From: the human T2T-CHM13v2.0 reference genome, Homo sapiens
Length of the DNA: 64,000 nucleotides
Assembly (NCBI RefSeq): GCF_009914755.1
Contig: NC_060942.1
Direction: 5' to 3' (one strand)
Shown piece after piece: positions 34,966 to 61,040 of the stretch. The notes beneath the pieces were generated by a model that was given only the letters and a program-made list of their open reading frames with translations, did no database searches and was not told the origin of the DNA. Position numbers and translations under genes: made by a program. Within the stretch, counting starts at the first letter, position 1; every line of letters starts with the position of its first letter.

Positions 34966-36103
34966 TAATGGCTTGACAACTTGACCAGCTAATGCACGAA
35001 GGGAATCTGTCATTCCCACCCTGGCAATCTGTCCTTCTTAAGGCTGTCCTGAGACATAGCCGACCACAGTGAGGGTCCCGGAAACAGAGCTGTAGCCAGG
35101 GCAGGTTGACCATGGGACGTACAGGAGCTTATGGGGAAGAGTACAGAGTCCTGAGGCACCGGGGCTGTGGATCCCCTAGAGTATAGGTATAGCTGCTAAT
35201 CTACAAATGGTAAAGAATTCTGGGCATAAAGGTGTTCCACAAGCATGCTTCCCTCCTCCCTACTCAGGATCCTATTGCAGCACACAATTAAGAGAACTGA
35301 CTTGGCTGCCAAGTTGCTGTTCTTCTTCGGAGAATACACCCAACTTTCTCAAGAGACCATTAAGTAAAGTGGAAAAACCATCAGACAGGAAGTCAGCAGG
35401 AATCCCAGCTTTACTACTTACTCATATTGTAATCTTGGGCAAGTCATTTAAAGCCCACTAAACTTCAGTGTTCTTATCTGTAAAAGGAAGCCAATGATAT
35501 ATTCCTTACTTGCCTTCTACACTTAATATAACAATATTAGTAATGGTTGTGGAACTTGCCTAAGATCAGTGGGTACCATTTACCCACTATATATTGTGTA
35601 CCAGCTACTGTACTGGGCACAGTGTACTGGTTAATAGCAGATTCCAGGGCCCAAATTTTCTAGGTTTGAAACCGTATCTACCGCTTATTAGCTGTCTGAA
35701 CTTAGGCAAGTTCCATAGCCTCTCTGAACCTCAATTTCTTCAATTATAACATAAGGATGAGAAAACTTACCATACAGAGTTTTTATGAGAATTAAATAAT
35801 ATATACAAAACACACTGTAGCTTGCATAGAGTAAGCCTTCAATAAACAGCAGCTATTAATATAATCTCATTTAATCATCTCTAGCTACCCTCTAAGGTAT
35901 GATTAACCCTATTTTTATAGTTCTCATTTTCTGCTCATATCAGGAGCTCATTATATAATATTTCGCCACATCTGGGGATCTGAGGGTGGGAGAGTCCATG
36001 GGCTTGGGCTACCAGTGACAAGATGGCTTCATTTCAATTGTTAACCAGCTGAAAGACTTCAGACTAAAGTCCTATGTAGAATGTTTCCTTTAAAGAGAAA
36101 TAA

Positions 36104-36467
<364 letters not shown>

Positions 36468-37034
36468 TTAGGCATCAGGGAAAAAGGAGGACTTTCTAGG
36501 TGGGGAAATACTGAAGTAAAGACGTACAGGCAGAGACATCCAAAGCGTGCTCACCAATAAACCCATCTGGCTGAAATAGAGAGAATGGGTATAATGAGTG
36601 AGATTGTATAAACAGACAGTAAAGAAAGGGAGAGTGTGTCTGTGCTGGGAAGTAGCCCATCTCCCTAGATAGCCACCAGCCTTTTTGCCAGTGTTGATGA
36701 GTCATAAACACAGGGGTTGTATGAGACCCCCATCCTCACCAGCCCCTGGAGCCATTCTGGGTTCTGTCACTTTCTAGATTCCCCTGGTAAATTACTTAAA
36801 CCTCATCTACAAAGCTACACTTCTGTGCCAAGAAACCTCATGCAGCCAACATAAGTGCCAAAGGGATGTGTAAGCCTCAATGTTGTTGTTATATTATGTA
36901 GCTATTCAGATGTTGGCTGTGGTTGCCAGCATCACCTCTATTATTGTTGTGCTTTTCCAGCTGACAGAAGGGTAAACTAGATAAATTTACAATTTACTGA
37001 TGGAGTGTTTGTTACTGTGTTTTGTTACTTACAG

Positions 37035-37272
37035 TATTATTTAATTATTATATATTATCTGTATTAATTAATTTAATTAATATCATTTTATTTAATTAAT
37101 ATTAATTAATATTATAATATTAATTGTTAATGTGTTATAATATTGATTGTAACAATTAATTGTAGTAGTTATGAACAATTATTGTAACAATGTAGTAGTT
37201 ATAAACAATTATTGTAACAATTAATTGTTAACAATTATTAATTATTATTGTAACAATTAGTTGTTACAATAA
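37035..37272. repeat. AT-rich quasi-palindromic low-complexity tract, with a 30-bp unit twice at 37161-37220
   Basis: Repeated ttgtaacaat/aacaatt units in both orientations. Confidence 0.85.
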
Positions 37273-38069
37273 CTGTTCTCATCCTTATGTTACAATTGAA
37301 GAAACTGAGGTTCAGAGAGATTATGGCATTTGCCTAAGGTCAGACAGCTAATAAGGAGTAATATGGTTTGAAACCTAGGAAAGCTGGGCCTTGGAATCTG
37401 CCCTATGTATCTAGCAAGCCTTCAATAAACATCAGCTATTATATAATCTCATTTAACCACCTCTAGCTACCCTCTGAGCTAACCTTATTTTTATATGTCT
37501 ACCCTGGATGCAAGAATCTGCCCTGTGGGTGGCAAGAAAGGCAGCCTCCCTGCCCTTCCAGAGCAGCACACGGAGCGGCTCCTTGCACTGGGGTGATTGT
37601 TCTGTCCAACCCCACATGAGGGCAGATGAATTTACTGCAATCTGCCTGGGTACGACCAAGGAAAAGGATATTTCCTAGTTTCGGTAATGGAGGTAAAATG
37701 TGGCATGGAGGGGTGCAGTGCTGGGTTCCATCCAGGGAAGAGCAGGGCTGGGGAGCTCACCAGGAAGTATAGCATCTCCCTCTTCCCCTTGCCACTTTCT
37801 GGGCAGGTTAAACTGACAGAAATTCAAGAGGCCCATGGTAGGACTCTGACACTTCTGGAAAGTCTTAAAAGCACCCCATTAGATATAGGGCATGTTTAGC
37901 ATGTACCATGTAAAAGTGGTATAAATGTATGTGTATTAAACTTGATGAACTCAAAATAATAAATAAGGTATAACATTGGACAAGAGGTGGTTGTTCAAAA
38001 ATAATTATTACATACAATAGTCTGTTATCTTTGCCCCTGTATTTGTGTGTGTTTGCCTCTTGTCTCTAA

Positions 38070-39948
<1,879 letters not shown>

Positions 39949-40909
39949 GTGTGAGTAAGTTTGATCGTTACCTAATTTTCTCTTGAGTAGAAAGTGAGAG
40001 AGTTGACCGAAAATGCTTTGATGTCTGTATCTCTGGGTTCTGAGCCTTTCACTTACTGCCTTACAAATAGAACCTGTTCATTAATTTGAATCTTGGCAAG
40101 GATCCTGATCTTTGGCCCCAAATCCTCTTAACATATTCTTTCATCCAGAACCTCTGTAAAATGGAATATTCTAGATCAATAAGTTTCCACAAAACTAAGT
40201 TTTGTTTTTTTAAAAATCTTATCCATTTTTAAACAGAAGAAAAGAAAATCCTCTAAACCATGCCAGTTCCCCATGGACTACCATGCCCTGCCACCCCCAG
40301 GAGCATCATGATCGGCTTCACAGCTTTCCCACAGCTCCTCATCCTCCTGGTCTCTGAGCTGCACTCTGCCTCCCTCTAACCACGTGGGCCATCTGATTCC
40401 CACCTCAAGCTTGCTGTTCTCCCAGATATCCAGGTACTTCTTCACCTGTCAAATCCACCTCACCCTCTGAGGGCCACCACAAGGACCTACTCCTCCATGA
40501 AGCCACCCCGTCCTCTATTTTATTTCCTTCTTTCTTTCCCTCCCTCCCTCTCTCCTTCCTTTTTCCTTCCCTCTCCTTTCCTTCTTTGCCAATCCTCAGC
40601 AGTCTCTTCCTCAGCAGTCTAAAAGCTACATCATGGGGTCTTTCAATGTTATTTGTACCACAGTACTAAGTGTATTTCTTTTCTTACTATAATTCGTTCG
40701 CAGTTTCATCATAAATCTTATGTGTCAAACTTGTTTCTAAGAACTTTAGGACAGAAGTATCATGTACTTCTCAGGTATCATTCCATAACCTAGAGCAGAG
40801 AGAGGGTCTTCAGAACCATTAAACACAAATGAAAAAAAGGAAATTGTTCCTTGTCTGTGTGGAGACATCTTGGCCCACCCTCTTCAGAGAGGACAGAGCA
40901 TCATCGTAC

Positions 40910-41010
40910 CTTTCTTTTAGAAAGTCTTCAAACTCTTTGCAGTTCTTGCGGCCATTGTTCAGATGTTGGATAATGTTGTCATAGCCGATGGTGCTGAGGA
41001 TGTCTGCACT
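40910..41010 (-). CDS. PSTPIP2: PSTPIP2 coding exon 2 (101 bp, phase 0/2)
   Basis: Acceptor tttcccccag|AGT, donor AAG|gtacga; encodes SADILSTIGYDNIIQHLNNGRKNCKEFEDFLKE(R), an FCH motif. Confidence 0.96.
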
Positions 41011-41124
41011 CTGGGGGAAAGACAACATGGCATCAGACCAGGAACAGAAGGCAGCCCCCAAGGCCGGAGAGAAGATAAGACAAAAGAGGTGGGAAGCTGG
41101 CCACGGAACGTTGCTGACTCACTT

Positions 41125-41659
41125 TGAGATGGCGCAGGGACCCACTTAGGAGCCTGTCAGGCTTCTCCACCCCCACCCTGGAGATGAAAGAACATGTTTC
41201 AGTTCCTTCAAGGAAAATTCCAGGTATCTAGCTAGCCCTGCAACCAGAAATTAGGGATGTGAATGAATAATCCACCAACCAAGCCACCCAAGTAAGTCAG
41301 GGTCACAAGATGTTTGGTTCCCTATAGAAACAAAGATAACATCTTTACATACATCCTTGAGTTGTTTTTCAGAAACCAGGACTCTCACCTGATAACAAAT
41401 GCTGATCACAGTCATGTTGACCTTCGACAGACTGGAACCAGAAAATGGATAAGGAAGTTCCACAAATTCCTAAGCCCCTAACTCACTTTGGAAACCCCCT
41501 CATTCCTGCCTTTAAAAACCCTTGCTTGTAAGCCATCATGCCCCTTTTCCTTGCTTGGTGCCCTGCAATAAATGCCTTTCTTTCTGTAACTGCAAACATT
41601 TGTGTCAGTGTTGGGCTTTGCTGTGCCCAGTGAGCAGACCCAAGTTCAGTAGGGTAACA
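41125..41659 (+). mobile_element. Solo LTR (ERV1-like)
   Basis: TG...CA ends (tgagatgg...ggtaaca), TATA-like tttaaaaa near 41511, AATAAA at 41567, cttt-like flanks. Confidence 0.75.
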
Positions 41660-42204
41660 CTTTACCTCCAAGACACAGGTAGCTAAGAAGAACAATGGAA
41701 GAAGTAAGAACACATGTAGTGTGAAAGAGTTTTTTAATTGATGAGACTGAAGGGCCACAAAACAGGAAGTGACAGACAAATCACAGGCACGTGGATGAGG
41801 GAGCTGGCTAGGCTGAGGTCCCTCTATGGATCCTCTACTGAAGCCCAAATTCAGGCCAGGAGAGGGAGAAGGAGCTGGGCGCCCACTCCAGCCTTCTGTC
41901 ATGTGCTTCCTCATACTGCCGGATGGAAACTGACTCACGCTACAGGACCATGTAACCTGGTGCTATAAAATTTTTACTCTGTCCTTAAACTTGCCACTGA
42001 ACTTGACCCTGATAGCTCTTCCTACCACCAGTTAGCGCTATTGAGGGTCAAGGGTATCTCTACAAAAGACAAGCAGCTCTGAGCCAGAAGCCAGGAACCA
42101 GGATTCAGGAGTGGGAGAATGGGGCTGTCTGTCCACTGGGAAGCATGAAACATGCTCTCCGTGGTCACTGGCCCCAATTAGGGGAGAAGGAATATATATA
42201 TATG

Positions 42205-42502
42205 TTATGTTTTGTTTTGTTCTGTTTTGATACAGGGTCTCACTCTGTCACCCAGGCTAGAGTGCAGTGGCACGATCTTGGCTCACTGCAACCCCACCTC
42301 CTGGGCTCAAGTGATCCTCCTGCCTCAGCCTCCTGAGTAGCTGGGACTACAGGGACATGCCACCATACCCAGCTATTTTTTGTATTTTTAGTAAAGGTGA
42401 GGGTCTCGCCATGTTGCCCAGTCTGGTCTCGAACTCCTGACCTCAAGCAATCTGCCCACCTTGGCCTCCCAAAGTGCCAGGCGTGAGCCACCATGCCTGG
42501 CC
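42205..42502 (-). mobile_element. Alu (J-like)
   Basis: Alu consensus. Confidence 0.88.
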
Positions 42503-44053
42503 AAATTTTTAAATTAGAAGTTTATTTATATTTTATTCTACTGTGCTCTCCAAGGTTGGAGGGACCAGGCTAAGTCCCCCAAACCAGTAGCCTCAGATGC
42601 AGTACATTTTAAAAATCAAGCCAACAAGTCCCCAAACCAACAAATCAGTCCACTAAATAACACTCCAAAGTGTCCCCTAAGGAGGCTGGTTCCCTCCTTT
42701 CTACCCCTGAATGCATACAATGGGTTGTCTGATTCAGACTATAGTCCCTAAGAGGTTGGTTAGCTGGCCTCTGGATGTGCCCTGGGGAGTTTTGAACTCA
42801 TCCACGCCATCCCAGCCAAAGCAGACCAACTCTTCCCAGCGCCAGTTTGCAGAAGGAAGTGTAGCTCTGTATGGGATAAGGGGTTTCTAAAGATACCTCT
42901 CTACCCAGCCCTGGACACTGGAGAAGCAGAATTTCTCTCTTCCATTTGCTGCCACTTATGATGGCCTAGTTGAGCAGACAGCAGTCCCAGAAAGACCCAG
43001 CAGGACCCAGGCCTGGGGCTGATTTCAACTTGGCACCCTAACAAGCCATTTCACCTTGCACTTTTCAAATGGACCTATAAAATCATCAAAACTTTTACAA
43101 GTTACGAATCTAAGTTAGAAATGTTTAATTCTATGCTTTGTGACAGTTGTTTGAGCACAAATTTAGACCTTAGAAAGCCCAAAAAACAGCTTCCACCAAA
43201 GCCTCATTTGTCCACTGGCCTCCTCCATACATACCCCTCTGTCTTAGCCAGGAAGGCATCTAACTGCCCCTGAAATGAAGCTCTCAGCAGCAGCTCTAAG
43301 ATGATGCTAACATTATCCTCTCCTGAATCCAGATCTAGCCCCTCAATTCCCAGGTTTTCCCGAAGTCTTCTCTGAGTAGCCCCAATTCTCCCTTCTCTAG
43401 GTTCTCAGAGTCCCCAGCATCTGAATTTGTTTGCTATTATGCCTGTGAATACCTTTCTGTCCCCACTCCACTGCAAGTGCTTGCAGCTTCTTTCAAGTTT
43501 TGAACTACCCCTGCATCCCCTCCCAAAAAATCTTATTATTCACATCAAAGGCCTACAGTAAAATTCTGGAGAATGAAAAGGCCTATTGTGCTTGCTGCCA
43601 GATGCATTAGAAGAGAACAATGAAAACAGATTCCTGAGTGATGAATGAATGGGTACCAAATGGTCAGTGTCAAAACCGGTTTGTAGACAGGAGTCTTTGC
43701 CCTTCCCAGAGAAAGACACTGGAGGATGTCTTGGTGCATCGTGCAGCCCTTTTTCTTGGCCCTCCTATTCTTATTTTTGTCAGTCAACTTACCACCTGTG
43801 TTCTCTGAGTAACATACACAGGAGTTTCCAGACAAGTCCTCCACCACTTTAACTTGGCCTTCAGCACTCTTTGTTTTCTCCTGGGTATTTCCTTTCTTGG
43901 TTGCCTCTGTAGTCCAGCCACTCCTCTGAAGCAGCAATTCTGGGTTTTTTAAAGGCTGGCAGCTGGGAGGTCTGTGGTTTTGGTTTGTGTTTCCAGGAAA
44001 CTCTGGCCTAGTTCCACCCGTGCAGTCCCACTCAAAGAGTTTCCTCATCCTTA

Positions 44054-47120
<3,067 letters not shown>

Positions 47121-48255
47121 TGGTGGGGGGAAAAGCCTCTACTCATTCCATGCTGCAGGGCCTCTGAGAACTTATTTCTATGCTCCTTTTCACCTCTTCT
47201 ATCCTCCTATGGCCTCTGGGCAGAAGCGTAAGGAGCAGAGGGGAAGCAAACAGCACCCGCAGTCTCCAAAGCCACCAACAGGGTTACGGGTCCCGCTGCT
47301 GAGCATCCGCACATCTAGTTCTGTGCTGCATCTCCAGCCCGTTCCTCTCATGATGTCTGCTATACAGCCTCTATAGACATGGGCTCCAGGGATCAGCAGG
47401 CTAGAATCACTCAGGCAGCTTGTTAAACATGCAGACCCCTCAGTCCCACCCCAGCCCTGCTAATTCTGAACCTGGAGTGGGGCATGGCAGTCTCTACCCT
47501 TCTATACACCTTCCAAGTGACTTGGAATGCAGTTTGACAATTGTGGCCATACAAAATATAAAAGGCTAAAAGAACCATCATGGTTCCTGCCTAGAGGAGC
47601 TTATAAGAAGAAGAAAGCAGGATGCAGGCCTGTGAAAATAAAGAACACTAGAGAATGGGGAGGTGAGAGAATGACTGTCAGAAGTGCAAAGAAGAGGCCA
47701 GAGAAGACCCTCCATGGTTTGCATTTCATTGTTTAAAAAACCTCCAATCTTGAGTAAAACATGCAAGTTGGCAATGATGGCTTTTGGAAGCCCAGAGAGC
47801 CCCACTAGAACAGGGAGGAGGCCAGTTACTTTGCATCTCATACAAAGGCTGCAGTTTGGTGCCTGGGCACAGGGTGCATAAGTGCGCTGCACTTTGCATT
47901 AAAGAACCACAACATGTTCCACAAACACAGTGAGACAGAAGCTCTTTCTATGTTTTACAGGTGGAGGAAACAAGGCACTAGGAAGCTTTCCTTATTCGCT
48001 TTCCTTGTCACTGCTTCCAACCACTATGAAAAATTTTAATTCTCAACTAACAATATTATCCAAATCTCTCAGTTATTTATTAAGAGCCATAAAACAGCAG
48101 ACTTGGGATAAAGACTATGAAGTTCATGTTACCTCCCTATGCTGTCAACCTTGATCTTTCTTTCCTGTTTACTTACCACTCTATGAGGTACAACCAAACG
48201 GATCAAATTCTGCATATATGGATTATTATTAATTAATATTAATAATTATGTCCAG

Positions 48256-48663
<408 letters not shown>

Positions 48664-48924
48664 GACCTATCAAATTATATACTTAAAACATGAGTAAGTG
48701 TTCTTCAATAAAGTTGGGAAAAAATTTTAATCACCACTTGGCAACTGTCTTAGCAATAATTGATTAAGGCAAGAATTTTCCATGGATGTTAAGACTAATG
48801 GATTTAGTATTCATTTGAGAAGAAACTGGATATTTACATGGTTTCAAAATATTTCCCCTGAAGATACTTATTAATTATAAAGGGGGAATCAGTAATTTCA
48901 CAATTGAGAAACCTAGAAAATAAC

Positions 48925-49430
48925 ACTATGCTAGGCTAAATAAGAGCCCCTAAAGATGTCCACATCCTGGTCCCTAGGACCTGTGAATATGCTTCCACAC
49001 ATAGCAAAAAGGACATTGCAGATGTCATTAATGTCTTGGGATGGGAAATTTTCCCTGGATTATTCAAGTGGATCCAACCTATTTACAAGGGTCCTAAGAA
49101 AGAGCCAGGAGGGTCATAGAGTCAGGATAGGAGATGTCAATGACAAATACAGAGGCCAGAGAAAGAGATTTTAAGATGCTACACAGGTGGCTTGAAGATG
49201 GAGGAAGGGCCACAAGGCAGTGAGTACAGGCAATCTCTAGAATCTGGAAAAGTCAAGAAAAGAGATTCTGCCCTACAACCTCCAGAAGGAGCCAGCCTTG
49301 CTGACAACTCAATTCTAGCCAAGTGAAACTCACTTTGGACTTATGACCTCCAGAACCATAAGTAATAAATCATCTTGTTTTAAGCATAAGTCGGTGGTAA
49401 TTTGTTACAGCAGCAACAGAAAGCTAACAC
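48925..49430 (+). mobile_element. MLT1-type LTR inside an old L1M
   Basis: aaagatgtccacatcctggtccc...gtaatttgttacagcagcaacagaaagctaaca. Confidence 0.8.
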
Positions 49431-49969
49431 AACCACCTTGACCAAAGGATCAAAGTTAACACCACCAAGTAATAGGGCAAATAAGCATCACGTGCCTTCT
49501 GTTACTGAGATTGACACAGCATCACTCCTGCCTTGTTCCTCCCAAAACACATGGCCTGAATCTAATCATCAGGAAACGGGCAAACTCAAATCAGGGCACA
49601 TTCTACAAAATAACTCTCCCATACTCTTCAAAAATGCTAAATTCATAAAGACACAGAGAGACTGAGGAACTATTCCAGGTTAAAACAGACAGAAGAGACG
49701 TGGCAGCTAAATGCCATGTGGAATCCTGAATGGGAAATGTTTTCTTCTTTTGCTAGAAAGGACATTATTGCAACAACTGGGGAAATTTGAGTAGGGTCTA
49801 TATATTAGCTAATAGCATTATATTGATGTTATTTCCTGATTTGTCATTGTATTGTGATTGATTGTGTAATAAGAAAATATCCTTATATTTAGAAAATACA
49901 CATTGAAATGTTTGTGGATAAAGGGAAATCATGCCTACTTCTTTACTTTCAAATGGTTCAGAAAAAAAG

Positions 49970-49971
<2 letters not shown>

Positions 49972-50020
<49 letters not shown>

Positions 50021-50040
50021 AGAGAGAGAGAAGGAGAGAG
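49972..50040. repeat. (TG)~24 followed by (GA)n microsatellite
   Basis: Direct reading. Confidence 0.95.
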
Positions 50041-50149
50041 AAAGGGACAGAACTTTTGAGAAATCCAAGTGAAGAGCACATAGGAATTCTTTCTACTATA
50101 TTTACAAGAGTAAATCTAAATTTCTTTAATTAAAAACATCAAAATTCAG

Positions 50150-50445
50150 CATAATAGCCAACTAACACAAGAACAGATAACCAAATACCACACGTTCTCA
50201 TTTACAAGTGGGAGCGAAATGATGAGAACACATGGACACATAGAGGGGAGCCACACACTGGGGCCTTTTGGAGAGTGGAGAGTGGAAGGAGGGAGATGAT
50301 CAGAAAAAATGACTAATGGGTACTAGACTTAATACTTGGGTGATTAAATAATCTGTACAACAAACCCCCATGACACAAGTTTGTTACCTATGTAACAAAT
50401 CTGCACTTGTATCCCTGAACTTAAAATAAAAGTTTAAAAAAAAAA
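50150..50445 (+). mobile_element. Short L1PA 3' end
   Basis: L1 3'UTR consensus and A-tail. Confidence 0.85.
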
Positions 50446-50562
50446 GATATTCAAACAATGTAAAAAGATGACAAATAAGGAGGAAAAAAGAGCAATAATA
50501 TTTAATCAAAGATTAATGTGCATAATGAGCTCTAAAAATCAATCCCATAAAAATGAACAACC

Positions 50563-50877
<315 letters not shown>

Positions 50878-51250
50878 TCAAGTGGGTAAGAGATATAAAC
50901 AGGCAACACTCTAAAAAGAAAAACGGTCAGTAAGCAATTTTTAAATAAGAGAATCAATATTAATAATCAAATAAAGGCAAACAAACGAGATATAATTTTT
51001 CATCCATCAAATTAGGAAAGGTTGAAAATTTCTAACATTGGCAAGGAACTATAGGGAAATACTGTCAAATTCTACTGGCAGAAATGCACATTGGCATAAT
51101 CTTTTGAGGAGGAAATTAGCAATATCCATTAAAATTTTAAATATGTATAGCCTTTGACGATGAGGAGTTTATCCTACAGAAATAACTACACAAACATGAA
51201 AAGATTTGTACACAAGGATGTTCAGTGCAGCATCATAATGACAAAAAACT

Positions 51251-52478
<1,228 letters not shown>

Positions 52479-54599
52479 TTATTTTCTATTATGTATGTTA
52501 AGGTCATGGCTTTTTGAAAGACCATTATTCCTGGAAACTTAACATAGAAGGCATAAGAGTCAGTAGATTTCAATGTTCAGAAAGTTGGTTAATGTTTGAC
52601 ATTACCCATCTAAACATCAACATGATCCAAATCCCAGAAAAACCCCAAACCCCCAGGGACATGAGAAATTCAATTCACAATTCCATTGAAAGAGAAAACC
52701 TGAGAATTGAAGTAGGTGTTTTAATTCACAAACATTCAACCACCTCTGAGTGTATTACTGAAGTTAATGTTCAGACTTTTCCAGTTAATAAAAAACAAGT
52801 TGAAGTTCTGTTGGATATCCCTGAGAGGTGAACAACCACATATATCACAGGGTAGAATTAGTGATGCATCATATTACCGGGCAAATCAGTGATGCGTTCA
52901 AGATGTGTGAAATGCAGACCCCACGGGTCTCCTCCTGATCCATGGCATTCCCTGAGAACCCCTGGGCATGCCCAAGACAGGAGCGGGGAGGCAGGCAACT
53001 GCCAGGAAGTGGCTATACCCAAAACTGGAACTAGGTCCGCAAATATGGGACCAGAGGAACAGAGTGAGACACCAAACCTCAGCAGCTCTAGAAAGCAAGC
53101 CAGGTCAAACAACAAATGTGCTGCCACTACTGTCAAAAGCAAATATAGAACTAGGAGCTAGGAACTTGAACTAGGTCAAACCCAGGGGAATGTCCAACAT
53201 TGCTTCACCAGCTGACTTGTGTTCCTTTTCACTCCAAGTACAACGTTTAGGCCCAACCCATAGAAATTCCAAACAGCTTCTGACTACTATGTCACATCCC
53301 TACCACAATACAATTTTGAAGGTCTTTGATCTCTATCAGCTAGCCTCTAGTTGAGCCAGATAAGCAAAGTACAACAAATATTGAAGGCTTATGACACCAT
53401 ATAACTTTGAAGACCTAACCACAACCCTGTAAAGGCTGGGATGCATTTCACAGCTGCTAACTGGGGAACCTTGGCTTACCTCTTTATCCCAAGAAATTGC
53501 AAGTTAATAGAAAATGTTTAATGTTAATTTAAAAAAAAAACTTTTTCTAAGGTAAAACCTGACCTCAGTGCATTCATTCCCATTCAGTTTCTCCCATCTT
53601 ATCCATCTTCAAATCCCAAAGCATAATTGAAAGAATCCTCCAAAACAAATTCCCTTCTGTTCTTCACACTTGGATTTTCCCAGACAAAAGTAGATTTACA
53701 GTTTCTAATACTTTTTGAACCAGAAATGAATCAGTGTTCATTATCGATGAATCAGAAGGTACAATTACTAAGATTATCCCATCTCCTAAATGTTCTAAGT
53801 AATCAAAGAGTCTATTTACTTTCCTACAGTGCTCTAGTTTTAGAGTGCTAGGATATCAGAGGTAGAGTACATCTTGGAGATCAATCATATCATTAATTTC
53901 CATCTTTTTACAAATGAAAAAACAAACAAGCATAGATTGCAAGTTGACCAAAATCTTTAGACTCTTCATATGAACAAAAATACATAAATACAAAAAAGTA
54001 ATCTCCAAGTTTACACATCAGACTGATTAACTTTGCCTCCGATAAGTAACACCAGTGTCCATTGTTTATTCCAAGAACTTTTCACCTTCCATGTCTCAGT
54101 GGGTCAGCCTTCTCCAATCCTTGAAATATGTGACTCTTGTTTCTACTTGCTATTTATAAAACTGACATTTTGTGTTGTCCTTGAGGTTTTTTTCCAAAGT
54201 TTTCATTTAAATTAAGTTTTAGATTAAGCTTATTTCTAACTTCACTACTGCCATTTCACTGAGGCCAGCCCAAGTTCAGTTTACTTCAGGTCCATAACTT
54301 ATGGGAGTGAGGATGTTTTATATATTCAAATTTCAGAATTAAGCAAGTCTTAAATGTTAGGATTTTAGAAGCGACTTACAGGAAGTGTTTCTTTCAGTAC
54401 ATGTTCATCGAAGTCCAATGCCTTTTCTCCTCCTCTAACTTGCTGATTTTTTACCCAGCTTGATCTAATGAACATCTTACATGAGTTTTCAGCACAGCAG
54501 AGTATGCAAACATCTTGATGTGAAACACATGTGAAAATGACATTCAATTCAGCCAGACCATTAAGTCTGATTCATTGAAACTAAACCTCAACTAAATTG

Positions 54600-55880
<1,281 letters not shown>

Positions 55881-56317
55881 AAACCTACTAATTTTTAAAA
55901 ATTGTTGAAAATGAGGCAACAGCATATTTTAGCTTTGTAGGTAATTAACAGAAACTAGTTTTTAGTGACTTGATCGTATCAGCAAATTGGCTCTTGTCAA
56001 CTGATTTTCAGCAATTTGGCCAGTTCCTGCTTCCTACTAAAGTCGCACTGGTCTTTCTGTTCCTCTAACTGATCCTTTCCAGCCTCACTGTTATCTCTCC
56101 CCTTTCCCCTGACATCCAGAAGGCTAGCTTGACCTTACCACATCTCAATTCAAATGTCATCTCCATGGAGAAGTCCTCTATGGTCCCTCTGTCCCTCATA
56201 CACATCCAGTGCCTCTCCCTCCAATCACCTAATGTGGTAGGTAGATAGTGACACCCTCTCCCAAAGATGTCCAAATCCTAATCCCTGGAATTATTAATAG
56301 TTAATTTGTACTTTGTA

Positions 56318-56581
56318 TAGTCTCACTCTGCTACCCAGGCTGGAGTGCAGTGATGTCATCACAGCTCACTGCATTGGGCTCAAGTGATCCTCCCACCTCT
56401 GCCACCCCAGTAGCTGGGACTGCAGGCACATGCCACCATGCCCAGCTAATATTTTGTATTTTTTTCGTTGAGGTTTCATGATGTTGCCCAGGTTGGTCTC
56501 AAACTCCTAGGCTCAAGCGAGCTGCCTGCCTCGGCCTCCCAAAGTGCTAGGGTTACAGGCATGAGCCACTGTGCCCAGCCA
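56318..56581 (-). mobile_element. Alu (J-like)
   Basis: Alu consensus. Confidence 0.85.
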
Positions 56582-57393
56582 GTGCCAACATTTGTGATTG
56601 TTAAGGCTAATAATGCACACAGCCAAATCCTCTCCAAAATAACTCTAACAGCTTACCCGCAATGACTAAATGCTCATTTCCTGCACCTTCCCCCAGTGAA
56701 AGATACTGACACTTGATATACTTTTTAAAACTTGCTAAAAGCAAAACTGTACAATTTGGACTTTTTTATTAGTAGTAAAGTATAAAAGTTCTCCATATTT
56801 TTACAATTTACTTTTAGACTCTCATTTGTCTACTGGAAAAATCACTTTTAAAAGAGGATTAGGAAAATAAAGGTAGAGAAAGCAGGCAAACAAGCTTCTA
56901 CTCCACGGGAAAACCGAGTATTTTTAGACTGTATCTTTCTTGTTTAGTAAGTACCTAACTGAACTGCAGGTGCATTTTCTCACTAGGACAGCTTCTATAG
57001 GAGCCCCAAGCACAAACTTGCCCTCTCCCTTCTCTCTCTACAGCAGAGATGGGCTCCCCACAGCTCCACAGCCCTGCAGGGGCTGGGATGATGGGGAATC
57101 TGTGCTGGCTTCGCTTCTTATGTCCAGGTGGTCCCTCGGCAATGTAGATCCCTTAGCTGGTCTGGGAGTCTGTAGGAATTCCCTTTGCAAAATGGATCAT
57201 CACTTATGTTCTCCAACTCCCCTCTCCAGGCTTTCCCTGCCCACCCCAAATCCATGCTTCCCTCTGTTGTGCCCTGTGCTTCCTTAAAGTACTCATTGGT
57301 CCAAAACGTCACCCTCCTCCAGGGCCCCTACTAGGATGAGGCATGGTCGTGCATGTGCAGGGTTCAATTCTGTCTTTCTTTACAATTTTGAGG

Positions 57394-58591
<1,198 letters not shown>

Positions 58592-58647
58592 AAAACTATT
58601 TTTTCTTAATTTACAGAATATCTCATTGTTCTATGATGAACACATTA

Positions 58648-59012
<365 letters not shown>

Positions 59013-59312
59013 CTACTTTTATGTTTTTTAAAAAATACAAAACTCTGGGTCAGAGGAAGAGATGGCTTGCTAACCTGCCATTCCTTAGCATGATAATAAG
59101 TACACTTCTTCAACATCTCATGTAGACAATTACACTTGCCTACCTGTATAGGATGGGAGACTCCTGGAAAAGACTCTGAAAAGATCCTCTATGAGTAATT
59201 TACCCCTGGAGGTTGGGATTTGAAGGCTAAGGGAGGGATTTTTATGGTTTTTTACTCCATATACATCTGTATTGTTTTGATATTTTACAATAAGCATGTG
59301 TTATATTCCTAG

Positions 59313-61040
<1,728 letters not shown>

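Noticed and set aside
40515-40625. Polypyrimidine tract (H-DNA candidate) and a 15-bp tandem repeat
   Set aside because: Ordinary low-complexity sequence, probably L2-associated
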